The position numbers and the translations under genes were made by a program. Below, piece after piece: positions 7,879 to 15,704 of a stretch of DNA of 32,000 nucleotides; the first letter of the stretch is position 1, and the number at the start of each line of letters is the position of its first letter. The notes beneath the pieces are model-generated. The model saw only the letters and a program-made list of their open reading frames with translations, ran no database searches and was not told where the DNA came from. The stretch is from contig NZ_JAXBLV010000001.1 in assembly GCF_034097035.1 (NCBI RefSeq), forward strand, positions 155,848-187,847, in the 5' to 3' direction. This DNA is from Gemmata algarum (lineage in GTDB: Bacteria; Planctomycetota; Planctomycetia; Gemmatales; Gemmataceae).

Positions 7879-8337
7879 TTAATTCTCAGACGGGGTGTAT
7901 TTGCGGCGTGATGTGTCGGGCACGTAGCAAGTGTGGCTAACTTTCGCGGGCTCGGAGGCCACCACCCACTCTTTTGCAGACTCCACCAGCATCCAATCCA
8001 CAGTTTGCCACTGGCGGAGCGGCCCCATAGATTCTGTACGCCAGCCGGAACGCAAAGACTCCATCGCCAACTCCACCACCTCCTCTTCTCCGATCTCTCT
8101 AGCGTCTGGCTCCAAGAACGACACGGGAACAGGCTGGACGACAGGAGCTTTGAGGCCCGCACGCCGCAGAGTAAGCAGGACAACGAAGGACTGGAGATAC
8201 TCCACCGGATTCGGGGCCGAGAATCGGGATTGACGAACCAGAACAGCGGCACACATACGAGACACCTTGACGAGTGCAGAGGAGGGAACCTTAACCTGCC
8301 ATACATATAGAGGCAGAAGCAGACCGAATTGTTGCAC
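7879..8337 (-). CDS. Hypothetical protein, 152 aa; first gene leftward of the 8338-8870 control region
   Basis: GTG start at 8337 with no clear SD, so the start is uncertain. It is operonic with 7493..7858. No family recognised. Confidence 0.4.
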   Translation of the reverse strand: MQQFGLLLPLYVWQVKVPSSALVKVSRMCAAVLVRQSRFSAPNPVEYLQSFVVLLTLRRAGLKAPVVQPVPVSFLEPDAREIGEEEVVELAMESLRSGWRTESMGPLRQWQTVDWMLVESAKEWVVASEPAKVSHTCYVPDTSRRKYTPSEN

Positions 8338-8349
8338 TAAACCACACCA

Positions 8350-8367
8350 TTTTGAGAATTCTCAAAA
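8350..8367. promoter_or_regulatory. Perfect 18-bp palindrome TTTTGAGAATTCTCAAAA, operator-like
   Basis: Read directly from the sequence. It lies immediately 5' of motif copy D, and a TTTTGAGA half-site recurs at 8487-8494 just beyond copy E. Confidence 0.6.
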
Positions 8368-8369
8368 TC

Positions 8370-8398
8370 CTACCTTTCTCCCAAGACCTACTTGCATC
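8370..8398 (+). promoter_or_regulatory. Element motif copy D (CTACCTTTCTCCCAAGACCTACTTGCATC)
   Basis: Perfect 29-bp inverted repeat with copy E. It points right toward the replication module starting at 8871. Confidence 0.5.
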
Positions 8399-8455
8399 AA
8401 TACGAACACACTCGACCCCAGAATGACGATTCAGAGAGGCAACTTCGAGGATCGA

Positions 8456-8484
8456 GATGCAAGTAGGTCTTGGGAGAAAGGTAG
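8456..8484 (-). promoter_or_regulatory. Element motif copy E (identical to D, minus strand)
   Basis: The plus strand reads GATGCAAGTAGGTCTTGGGAGAAAGGTAG. It points left toward the gene starting at 8337. D and E face each other across a 57-nt spacer. Confidence 0.5.
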
Positions 8485-8490
8485 TGTTTT

Positions 8491-8613
8491 GAGACGGCAG
8501 AGACGGCAGAGACGGTGATTTTGGGGAACAGCTCCTCTTCTCTCTTCTTTCTTCAAAACATGGTCAAGGAAAGAGTTTTGGGAAAACGCCGTCTCTGCCG
8601 TCTCTGCCGTCTC
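8491..8613. repeat. 25-bp perfect inverted repeat built from tandem 9-mers (GAGACGGCA), arms at 8491-8515 and 8589-8613
   Basis: The left arm is GAGACGGCAGAGACGGCAGAGACGG and the right arm is its exact reverse complement. The spacer is 73 nt and pyrimidine-rich. Confidence 0.9.
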
Positions 8614-8870
8614 GAATTCCCCATCAGACCACGCTCGCTTTCGACCAGTGGACGCCACAAATCAGCCTTTTCTGGGCACCGTCGCCGGCAATGTTGCAGC
8701 AAAATTGAAAATGCCCAAAAATCTTAAACCCTTCGACACCATAGGTTTTTGAACACCTTCAATCCTACCCTGTGCCAAATCTGTCGTCTTACCTGGAATC
8801 GCTGCCTATATATTATTGGGGAGCCCATACTGACTTCCCACGAGTATCCAAACCGATGAGGAAATAAACC

Positions 8871-9092
8871 ATGACCAAGGCCAAGACCGCGACCGACCTC
8901 GTGAACGTGCAACTGCCCCACCTGACTCACCGGGTGATTCGGGAGCGAGCAAAACAATTAATGGCCAACGTGAAGATCGTTACCACCGCAATGGCCCGAG
9001 GATTCGAGCAGCTCAGTCTGGAGGAGCAGACGAAACTAATCGACGAGGCCCGAGCCAAGCTCATTCAGGCCGAGTCTGCAAAGGGTAACTAA
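8871..9092 (+). CDS. Small DNA-binding-like protein, possible ribbon-helix-helix (Arc/CopG-type), 73 aa
   Basis: GAGGA lies upstream of the ATG. The N-terminal segment DLVNVQLPHLTHRVIRERAKQL looks like a beta-strand plus helix as in RHH proteins. It is the first gene after the repeat-rich control region. The fold call is tentative. Confidence 0.45.
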   Translation: MTKAKTATDLVNVQLPHLTHRVIRERAKQLMANVKIVTTAMARGFEQLSLEEQTKLIDEARAKLIQAESAKGN

Positions 9093-9198
9093 TCGCGTGT
9101 GTTCCACCTGCCCCCTTCACTCTAACGGCGTGTTCAATTCTCCGGTCTCGCACCGGTCGCACCTTCACTTCTTCTCTCTCACTTCCCGAGGCATTTCC

Positions 9199-9621
9199 AT
9201 GAGTTACCTTGATTCGATTCCCGCGTCCCACCTCGTCCCGAAGGGCACACTAGTTCAGTGCCGTCTCCTCTCCTGCGTCCGCTCTCGGCATTTCGCTAAC
9301 GGGCAGAAAATCCAATACGAGTGTTCCTGGCAGGTTACAGAGGGGCCATATGCCGGTCACGTGCTAACGCGGAGCTGGTGGACAACCCCGGGCGGACTCC
9401 CGGTGCTGTACGCCGATTGCGAAAAGCTCGACATTGGGCACCCAGAGGAACTTTGCTTCGGCCCGCCTGACCCGATCGTTGTTGAGGGTGTCGCCTCGAT
9501 CAGCGAGTACAACGGCGTGTCGCGAAACGAGCTGTGCAGAATCGATCGCCGAGTGCTCCCGCAGACCTCACGCACCCGCCCCAGAGAAGTCTTCGACGAT
9601 GAGATCAGCACCGCATTTTAG
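9199..9621 (+). CDS. DUF669-like / SSB-like phage protein, 140 aa
   Basis: The pattern VPKGT...W.VTEGPYAGHV......EYNGVSRNEL resembles DUF669 phage proteins. The acidic C-terminal tip FDDEISTAF is reminiscent of SSB tails (DDDIPF). I chose the ATG at 9199, which lies within ORF 9097..9621. Confidence 0.4.
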   Translation: MSYLDSIPASHLVPKGTLVQCRLLSCVRSRHFANGQKIQYECSWQVTEGPYAGHVLTRSWWTTPGGLPVLYADCEKLDIGHPEELCFGPPDPIVVEGVASISEYNGVSRNELCRIDRRVLPQTSRTRPREVFDDEISTAF

Positions 9622-9650
9622 CCCCACCCCACTCACAGAAGGACAGACAT

Positions 9651-11399
9651 ATGGCAAAGAAAAAGGTCACGAAAGCAGACATTCAGGGCCAGTACGAGGT
9701 CTTCCGGTTGCTAGGCATCCGGCTGGTTAGGTCGAAGTCCGGGGAGCTGTTCCTGGCCACCAGCCCGACCGGTAAGCCCGGGGGGAGCGTGGAGCTACAG
9801 CCCTACGACCTAGCTGAGTCGTGTGAAGAGATTAAGTGGGTACTACGAGAGGCGAACAAGTCCGCGGACATGCGATTAGTAGCCGAGGCTGTCAAGGGAC
9901 TCGTCCGAAGCACCAAAAAAAGCCCACCGGAAATGGTGTCGCGTCGCGTCGCCGAGCGGGACGGAAAAATCTTTGTAGACCTGTGCGACGCAAAACGGCA
10001 GGTGGTGGAGATTTCGGCTGACGGGTGGCGAGTCACCACCGACTGCCCGGCTCTCTTTCACCGGCCGCTCCAGGCTCTACCCCTGCCGGTCCCGGTTCAG
10101 GACGGCTCCATTCAGCGATTGCGGGAACTGTTCAGCATTCTGGACGAGCCGAGTTGGATTTTGGTGTTGGGCTGGCTGAGCACCACCCTGAAGGAGCACT
10201 GCGACCACCCGTTCTTGTCGATCCTGGGTCCGCCGGGTTCGGGCAAGAGTGCCCTCACCAAGTTTGCGTACTGCACGATCGATCCTCGCGAGGCGAAGGG
10301 GCTGCAGATGCAGCAGAACGCAGAGGATTTGCAACTCAGTGCTTTCAACCGCTGGGTACTCCCGCTCGATGAGGTCGATAGTCTCCCGCCGGAAAAATCC
10401 CGGATCGTAGCGACCATCTGCACGGGCGGGGCTCTCGAAAAGCGAAAGAAGTACGAGGATACGGAAGTTGTATGTGCTGTAATCAATCGCCCGGCCATCA
10501 TCAACGGGCTAGAGGCAGGGGAGTGGCTGCACGAGGAGCGAATCCGGGACCGTGCGATTCCCGTGACTCTCAGTCGGGTGCGACCCGAAGCCAGTGTTGA
10601 GGACGGAGATCTTATCCGAGCGTTCGAGCGACATCACCCGGAGATACTCGGTGGCCTTTTCACAATCGTTTCCCGGGCACTCAGAGGCGTTCGGGATGGA
10701 GAGGCGTCAGCCCACCACGCTCTGCGAATCAAGGAGGCCATGACGTGGGCGGATCGCTGCGTACACGCTGCGGGATACCCGAAAGGGGAGTTCACCCGGC
10801 TGGTGACGGAAGCACACGCCAGGGTCGTTGAGAGGGTGGCCGAAGAGTGGCCCCTACTCGACCCACTACTGAAAGTGGCTGGATCGGGGTTCCAGGGCAG
10901 TCCTACGGAGCTTCTAGACAAGCTCAACAGCATGGTCGAGCGGAAGGGGCGAGATTGGCCGAAGAGTTCGAGCCAACTGACCCGAGCGATCAATCTACAC
11001 ATCGATTACCTGGAAAAGCGGGGCGTCCGGGCTGAGCACACCAAGGGCCAGCAGCGATTCTGGGTAATTCGGTCGGTCCCGAGTTCCCCTCAAAAGAGTG
11101 CCGACTCAGTGAATGCGGCCAAACCGCTGGCATCATTATCCGAAGGCGAGCAGTCAGACTTGAAGTCGAAGCTCCTTCGGTGGGCCGATTTTGCAGACAA
11201 AATCGATATCTGCTTCACTCACCGGGACTCCAGCAACACGCTGTATGGTCGATTTGCAGAGGCGGCCTCGATCGCCTTGAAGAGAACTTTGGAGCCAGAC
11301 CGCACGCTGCGAATACCTGATGACGAGTTTCTCTCACTCGACACAGCAAGCGAGTTACTACTTGTCGAAATTAATCCAAGAACTGAGGGCAAAAATTGA
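9651..11399 (+). CDS. P-loop NTPase, replicative primase/helicase-like protein of mobile elements, 582 aa
   Basis: Walker A is LGPPGSGKSALTK and a Walker B-like segment is WVLPLDEVDSL. The N-terminal region (RVAERDGKIFVDLCDAKRQVVEISADGWRVTTDCPALFHRP) is typical of P4/D5-type element replication proteins. GAAGGA lies upstream of the ATG. Confidence 0.65.
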   Translation: MAKKKVTKADIQGQYEVFRLLGIRLVRSKSGELFLATSPTGKPGGSVELQPYDLAESCEEIKWVLREANKSADMRLVAEAVKGLVRSTKKSPPEMVSRRVAERDGKIFVDLCDAKRQVVEISADGWRVTTDCPALFHRPLQALPLPVPVQDGSIQRLRELFSILDEPSWILVLGWLSTTLKEHCDHPFLSILGPPGSGKSALTKFAYCTIDPREAKGLQMQQNAEDLQLSAFNRWVLPLDEVDSLPPEKSRIVATICTGGALEKRKKYEDTEVVCAVINRPAIINGLEAGEWLHEERIRDRAIPVTLSRVRPEASVEDGDLIRAFERHHPEILGGLFTIVSRALRGVRDGEASAHHALRIKEAMTWADRCVHAAGYPKGEFTRLVTEAHARVVERVAEEWPLLDPLLKVAGSGFQGSPTELLDKLNSMVERKGRDWPKSSSQLTRAINLHIDYLEKRGVRAEHTKGQQRFWVIRSVPSSPQKSADSVNAAKPLASLSEGEQSDLKSKLLRWADFADKIDICFTHRDSSNTLYGRFAEAASIALKRTLEPDRTLRIPDDEFLSLDTASELLLVEINPRTEGKN

Positions 11400-12343
11400 A
11401 GTGCGGGAACAAAGAAACCACGTGCGGCTGGTGCGAGAAGCTGGAGCAGCTCGATCTCATTTCGGGTTCAAACTACAACTGCCTACCGTGTGACCGAACC
11501 TCTGATGTAATAGAGTGCGAATGCAACAAGTGCAAAAAAACCTATCACGAGAATGTGATCAGAACCAAGAAGTGTGGCTTTAAGGTGGTGGAAGGACGAT
11601 CTTGCTGCCCACACTGCTTCTACAAAGCCAACGACGGCTTCAAGAGTCGCGACCCAAATGGCATCCAAGAGGGTCAACGTAAACTCCGCGACACCCAAGG
11701 AAAACCCGCACTTGGCACTCCACCGACTCCGCGAGAAGCGAGGGCAATTTGTGCTTATGCTTTGGCCGAAACATTTATGAAAGCAAATAAAGAGGACCCT
11801 CTAAGTCAGGATGACCTTCTGAACCGCCTGACTGCCAAGGGCACCGAATGCGTTTTTCGTTTTATCCCTTCGACACCAGACATGGTAATTCCCAAATTTC
11901 GCACAAGTTACAATTGCTGCCTTGAGGTGCCAAGGGGGTTCGTAGGATACTGTTGGAAATGTTACAAGCAGATTCTAACAGATATCTACTCAGAGCGTGA
12001 ACAATCACCTCAGCTCCTTGAGTACAGTGAAGGACCAACCGAAGCTGCAGCTAAGCCCGGTCTTAACCCAGGCCAGATCCTCCTAGACCCTCTCCCTTTA
12101 CTGCTGCCGCCGCTCAACAACCTGACACAGCAGCAACAGGACGTTCTTTTGATGAGTCTAGGACTGCACCAGGAGTATGACGGGGAGCTGTCCGATAACG
12201 AGATCGCCAGCCTCCTCAATATCTCTCCCGGGAACGTCCGCTCTACCAAGAGCAGGGCAAAGACACAATTGAGTGCCGATCCGGAGCTAGCAACCCTTTT
12301 TGCCAAGATATCCAGGCGTCAGACCACTGACGGGTGGCACTAG
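11396..12343 (+). CDS. Zinc-ribbon (multiple CxxC) protein with C-terminal sigma-70 region-4-type HTH, 315 aa
   Basis: The N-terminus has CGWC, CLPC, CECNKC and CCPHC. The C-terminus LTQQQQDVLLMSLGLHQEYDGELSDNEIASLLNISPGNVRSTKSRAKTQL matches the region-4 pattern (L.p.qr.vl.l.y..g.s..EIA..lgis.gtVks...rA...L). No region 2 is evident. The TTG start overlaps the upstream TGA (TTGA at 11396-11399). Confidence 0.6.
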   Translation: MKCGNKETTCGWCEKLEQLDLISGSNYNCLPCDRTSDVIECECNKCKKTYHENVIRTKKCGFKVVEGRSCCPHCFYKANDGFKSRDPNGIQEGQRKLRDTQGKPALGTPPTPREARAICAYALAETFMKANKEDPLSQDDLLNRLTAKGTECVFRFIPSTPDMVIPKFRTSYNCCLEVPRGFVGYCWKCYKQILTDIYSEREQSPQLLEYSEGPTEAAAKPGLNPGQILLDPLPLLLPPLNNLTQQQQDVLLMSLGLHQEYDGELSDNEIASLLNISPGNVRSTKSRAKTQLSADPELATLFAKISRRQTTDGWH

Positions 12344-12379
12344 CAGAGTAGCAGCGTTGGGAGCAGGCAGGACCTAAAT

Positions 12380-12408
12380 CTACCTTTCTCCCAACCCCTA
12401 CTTGCATC
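12380..12408 (+). promoter_or_regulatory. Element motif copy F (CTACCTTTCTCCCAACCCCTACTTGCATC)
   Basis: It lies 25 nt upstream of the TTG start at 12434. Confidence 0.5.
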
Positions 12409-12433
12409 TCGACCCTCTACCCCAAGGACTACA

Positions 12434-12760
12434 TTGACTACAGACGATCACACTTTGCACGCCCTCTCCCACCCTTCCCTTCAGGCCCTTCTTCCTGCCC
12501 GCGACCACGGAAAGCCATACAACCCTAACCGACTAGCCGACTGGTGCAGGCGGGGACGCCGGGGGTTAGATGGGGAGCAGGTCTACTTGAAATCAGAGAA
12601 GCAGGGCGGGCAATACATGACGAGTATCGTAGCTTTGCGGGAATTCCTGGAGAAGACCGGCCTGAGCGTGGAGGATGAGGACGAGGAGTTTCACGAATTC
12701 TACTACCACCCACTACCACCGGTGTCCTTCCCTGCCACTAAGAACCACAGGCGAAATTGA
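12434..12760 (+). CDS. Small HTH-like protein (excisionase/DUF1580-like), 108 aa
   Basis: PYNPNRLADWCRRGRRGLDGEQVYLKSEKQGGQYMTSIVALREFLEKTG resembles the pattern tl.RW...G.rG.kL....vGG....ts.eAl.rFl of excisionase-type or DUF1580 proteins. TTG start. The assignment is tentative. Confidence 0.4.
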   Translation: MTTDDHTLHALSHPSLQALLPARDHGKPYNPNRLADWCRRGRRGLDGEQVYLKSEKQGGQYMTSIVALREFLEKTGLSVEDEDEEFHEFYYHPLPPVSFPATKNHRRN

Positions 12761-12814
12761 CCACAAGGGCGGTCGCGGGGTGGTAGACTTGGTACCTGGC
12801 GAGGAGTAACCGTC

Positions 12815-13462
12815 GTGGACGACAGCCTCGACAGCAAAGTTCGCCTGCCCTTTCAGTGGTCCCACCGCAAGGCACACTTGCTACTCTGTGCATCGTGCGG
12901 CCCGGCACTTCGTTTAGTCGGCAGTCGGGAACTGCAAGTAGCCATCGAAGTGGGCGAGTTGCACAGTGACGGCCAATCGACAGCCGACCAAATTCAGATC
13001 GAAGTGGAGCGAGCACGTGCGGCGGTCACACGGCTGACGAGCGACGAGGTGCTGCGTACCCTTGCCGACATCGTTTGTCGAGCAGCCACTTTTCTCGTCC
13101 CCTCTTGGCTCGATGGCCGCTTGGTTCAGGGAGAGCCGCGAGACGTGCCTAACCTGCTAACCTCCATCTTAGGTTTGGCCGAGTTGGTAGGCGGCGTGGC
13201 GGATGGCCGGACCTTGTTTGACACCCTGTTCGATGACATCGAGGCCCGTGGCGTCCTTTGCTGTCCCGAGTGGCGTACCGAGACTGTTTTGGCCCTCGCA
13301 CGCGAGATGTACGAGTCCCGCGACTTCAGCGCGATGCCGATTCTCGCAGATGCCCTTCAGGACGCCGGGTGTAACAACGAAGACGTGTTGAACCACTGCC
13401 GCGGGCCGGGGCCACACGTTCGAGGCTGTTGGGTGGTGGACCTCCTGCTCGGAAAAGAGTGA
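12815..13462 (+). CDS. Planctomycete paralog-family protein with C-terminal ILADALxDAGC...HCRGPGPHVRGCWVVDLLLG motif, 215 aa
   Basis: GTG start with GAGGAG 9 nt upstream. The C-terminal motif is MPILADALQDAGCNNEDVLNHCRGPGPHVRGCWVVDLLLGKE and is shared with 13954..14625. Confidence 0.65.
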   Translation: MDDSLDSKVRLPFQWSHRKAHLLLCASCGPALRLVGSRELQVAIEVGELHSDGQSTADQIQIEVERARAAVTRLTSDEVLRTLADIVCRAATFLVPSWLDGRLVQGEPRDVPNLLTSILGLAELVGGVADGRTLFDTLFDDIEARGVLCCPEWRTETVLALAREMYESRDFSAMPILADALQDAGCNNEDVLNHCRGPGPHVRGCWVVDLLLGKE

Positions 13463-13575
13463 TAGCGAGCCGTGTCGGGCAAACCCCTATTTCTGGTGCG
13501 GGCGGAACTTTCGCCAGTCTTCGGTCTCGCAGCGGTTCTAGTTTTGAGCCCTGCCCCTTATCCGGAGACGTAATC

Positions 13576-13917
13576 GTGTTAGCTGCACACACGACCGAAC
13601 GCCGCCGATCCGCCCGTTTCCTGCCCGCTTTCGTTACTTACTGCCGTGCCGGAAGTGGTGGCGAAGGACTCGTCTGGAACATTTCGGTTACCGGTCTGGG
13701 GATGCTCATCGGGTTCCCGCCCGAAGAGAGCCAGACGCTGCCGATCGAGCTATCGAACCACACCACGTGCCTCTGCTTGATGGCGAAAGTGGCCCACGTC
13801 CGGCAGTTAGAGGCTGGGGACTTCTTCGTCGGGTTGCGATTCGATAAGCCCCTCGGAAAACACGAGATGGAGCATTTCGTGAAGCTGAAGGAGCCGAAGT
13901 TGGGAACTTGCCGATAG
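13576..13917 (+). CDS. PilZ-domain protein (putative c-di-GMP receptor), 113 aa
   Basis: RRRSAR fits RxxxR, and about 24 aa later NISVTG fits (D/N)xSxxG. GTG start at 13576 with GGAG 8 nt upstream. The longer ORF-track start at 13429 would overlap the previous gene. Confidence 0.6.
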   Translation: MLAAHTTERRRSARFLPAFVTYCRAGSGGEGLVWNISVTGLGMLIGFPPEESQTLPIELSNHTTCLCLMAKVAHVRQLEAGDFFVGLRFDKPLGKHEMEHFVKLKEPKLGTCR

Positions 13918-13953
13918 CGAGAGCCCACGTGCTACCGGTCCGCAGAGGGCACC

Positions 13954-14625
13954 ATGACCGAATCCGAGTGGCTGACCTGCACCGACCCGAGCCCGATGAT
14001 CGACTTTCTGTCCCGAGAGGGGAACGACAGGCCCCTGCTCCTTGCCGAGTCTGCGTTCTGCTCCCGGATCGCCCACCACCTCACCGACCCTCGGAGCCGA
14101 GATGCGGTAGCCGCCCTTCAGCGACTGGCCGAGAGAGGACGTGATTCCGACCCGTTCCCCGAGCTGATGCCCGCCGTCTACGCCGCACAGGATGCATCCA
14201 ACGCTTTCGACGCACTCGGTGAGGCTGCAACCATCGAAGACGCCGCCCGCGTGTCAGCCGCTACGGCCGCAGGATACGTTGGGGTCGGAGGAACGGTCTC
14301 GGTTGCGGTGAGCTGTCAGGCGGCTGCTGACCCCACCGGTGACGGATCTCGCGAACGGGCCGCTCAGGCAGACCTCCTGCGGGAGTTCGCACACCCCTTC
14401 CGTACCTCACCAGACGCCGCGTGGATGACGCCAACCGTGGTCGCCCTGGTCCGGGGTATCATTGCCGACGCGGCCTTCGACCGACTACCGATTCTCGCGG
14501 ACGCCCTGGAGGATGCTGGGTGTGCTGATTCGGTCTTGCTGGCCCACTGTCGAGGTGACTGCCCCCACCTTCCGGGATGCTGGGCTGTTGAGTTACTGAA
14601 CCACTCTCCGGCCACTGGTCGCTAA
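13954..14625 (+). CDS. Second member of the same paralog family, 223 aa
   Basis: The N-terminus is MTESEWLTCTDPSPMIDFL. The C-terminus is LPILADALEDAGCADSVLLAHCRGDCPHLPGCWAVELL. Confidence 0.7.
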   Translation: MTESEWLTCTDPSPMIDFLSREGNDRPLLLAESAFCSRIAHHLTDPRSRDAVAALQRLAERGRDSDPFPELMPAVYAAQDASNAFDALGEAATIEDAARVSAATAAGYVGVGGTVSVAVSCQAAADPTGDGSRERAAQADLLREFAHPFRTSPDAAWMTPTVVALVRGIIADAAFDRLPILADALEDAGCADSVLLAHCRGDCPHLPGCWAVELLNHSPATGR

Positions 14626-14651
14626 GAAACTTCGGCCTGAAGGGAATCGGG

Positions 14652-15011
14652 ATGCGTGAAGCCCTCGCTCCTGTCGTTGCAGCCGTTGTGATCCTGGCCC
14701 TGTGGGTGGTCGCCCGGGGGTTGAGGACGATTCGCGAGCAGCCCAAGAAGGTCGTTCGCACTCCCCCTGCGTGGGTACCCAAAGGTCCAGCCGATTACGA
14801 CACACTTCTGCGGGCCGTTCGAGCAGAACTGGCAAGGAACTTGGTGGGACGAGTGGACTGGACACGCCCGGTCGAGGAGATCAGGCAGAGCATCCGTCCG
14901 GCCGTCGAACACCTGATCGATACCGCGAACCCGCTGCTCAACCGGATCGAACGGGGGAGGCTCATTCAGGAGGTGGTAGACGGAATCAAGTCGCCTTCAC
15001 AATCAGAGTGA
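14652..15011 (+). CDS. Small membrane-anchored hypothetical protein, 119 aa
   Basis: GAAGGGA lies upstream of the ATG. An N-terminal TM helix (APVVAAVVILALWVVA) is present. The soluble part (YDTLLRAVRAELARNL...IRPAVEHLIDTANPLLNRIERGRLIQEVVDGI) is reminiscent of the N-terminal segment of CpaF/TadA-type ATPases, but no ATPase domain follows. Confidence 0.5.
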   Translation: MREALAPVVAAVVILALWVVARGLRTIREQPKKVVRTPPAWVPKGPADYDTLLRAVRAELARNLVGRVDWTRPVEEIRQSIRPAVEHLIDTANPLLNRIERGRLIQEVVDGIKSPSQSE

Positions 15012-15435
15012 CTACCGTTGACAGACCAACGACCTCGACCCCGATCAAACTGCACCAGCTTTAGTTCTCCCCTCTACCACTCTGAATATAGATTCTGATC
15101 GCAGGGTAGAAATGCCTTGATCCGCCCGAGCAGCAGATGCATTGGCCACGGAACCAAATACCATACGGCCCACTTCGACCACACAGCAATCAGTAGAATT
15201 TCAACAAGATCCGCGGTTCTTCAGATTTCCCGGCACGATATTTTCACCATATTCGACCGAGAGCCCATCCAAGGGTTTCTGGAGGTGTATCACTCTTGAT
15301 CGCACCAGACGAGGCCATTGGTGACAAACTGCACGGGTCTCGGACCGGTAGCCGAATGGGATGCGACGCGATCCTATTCCGAACCGCACGCAGGGCACTA
15401 ATCGCAGACAGTTCCCACCCTCACTCGATCGCCCT

Positions 15436-15630
15436 ATGGAGGCCACTTTGCCTAACCCCAAGCGTTACGACTGGTATGCCTTCCCTCCTAAAGGCAGGCT
15501 CACTATAGCGAACCGCGTTCAGCAAAATATAGATCAGCCACTCACGAAGGACGAAATATATGCAATGGCGGAGTATCTATTAGCTTGCGAGACGCCTCCA
15601 GAGGCTCCACAAGAACCCGAATCACGGTAG
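15436..15630 (+). CDS. Small hypothetical protein upstream of the recombinase, 64 aa
   Basis: ATG at 15436 within ORF 15361..15630. No recognisable family. It could be a recombination directionality factor by position only. Confidence 0.3.
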   Translation: MEATLPNPKRYDWYAFPPKGRLTIANRVQQNIDQPLTKDEIYAMAEYLLACETPPEAPQEPESR

Positions 15631-15704
15631 ACCCGCAATTCTTCGGAGTTGGGCACCGTGATCGCTCCACAGTGCTCGTCTCTTTTTCTTTTTTGGTACT
15701 TGTT

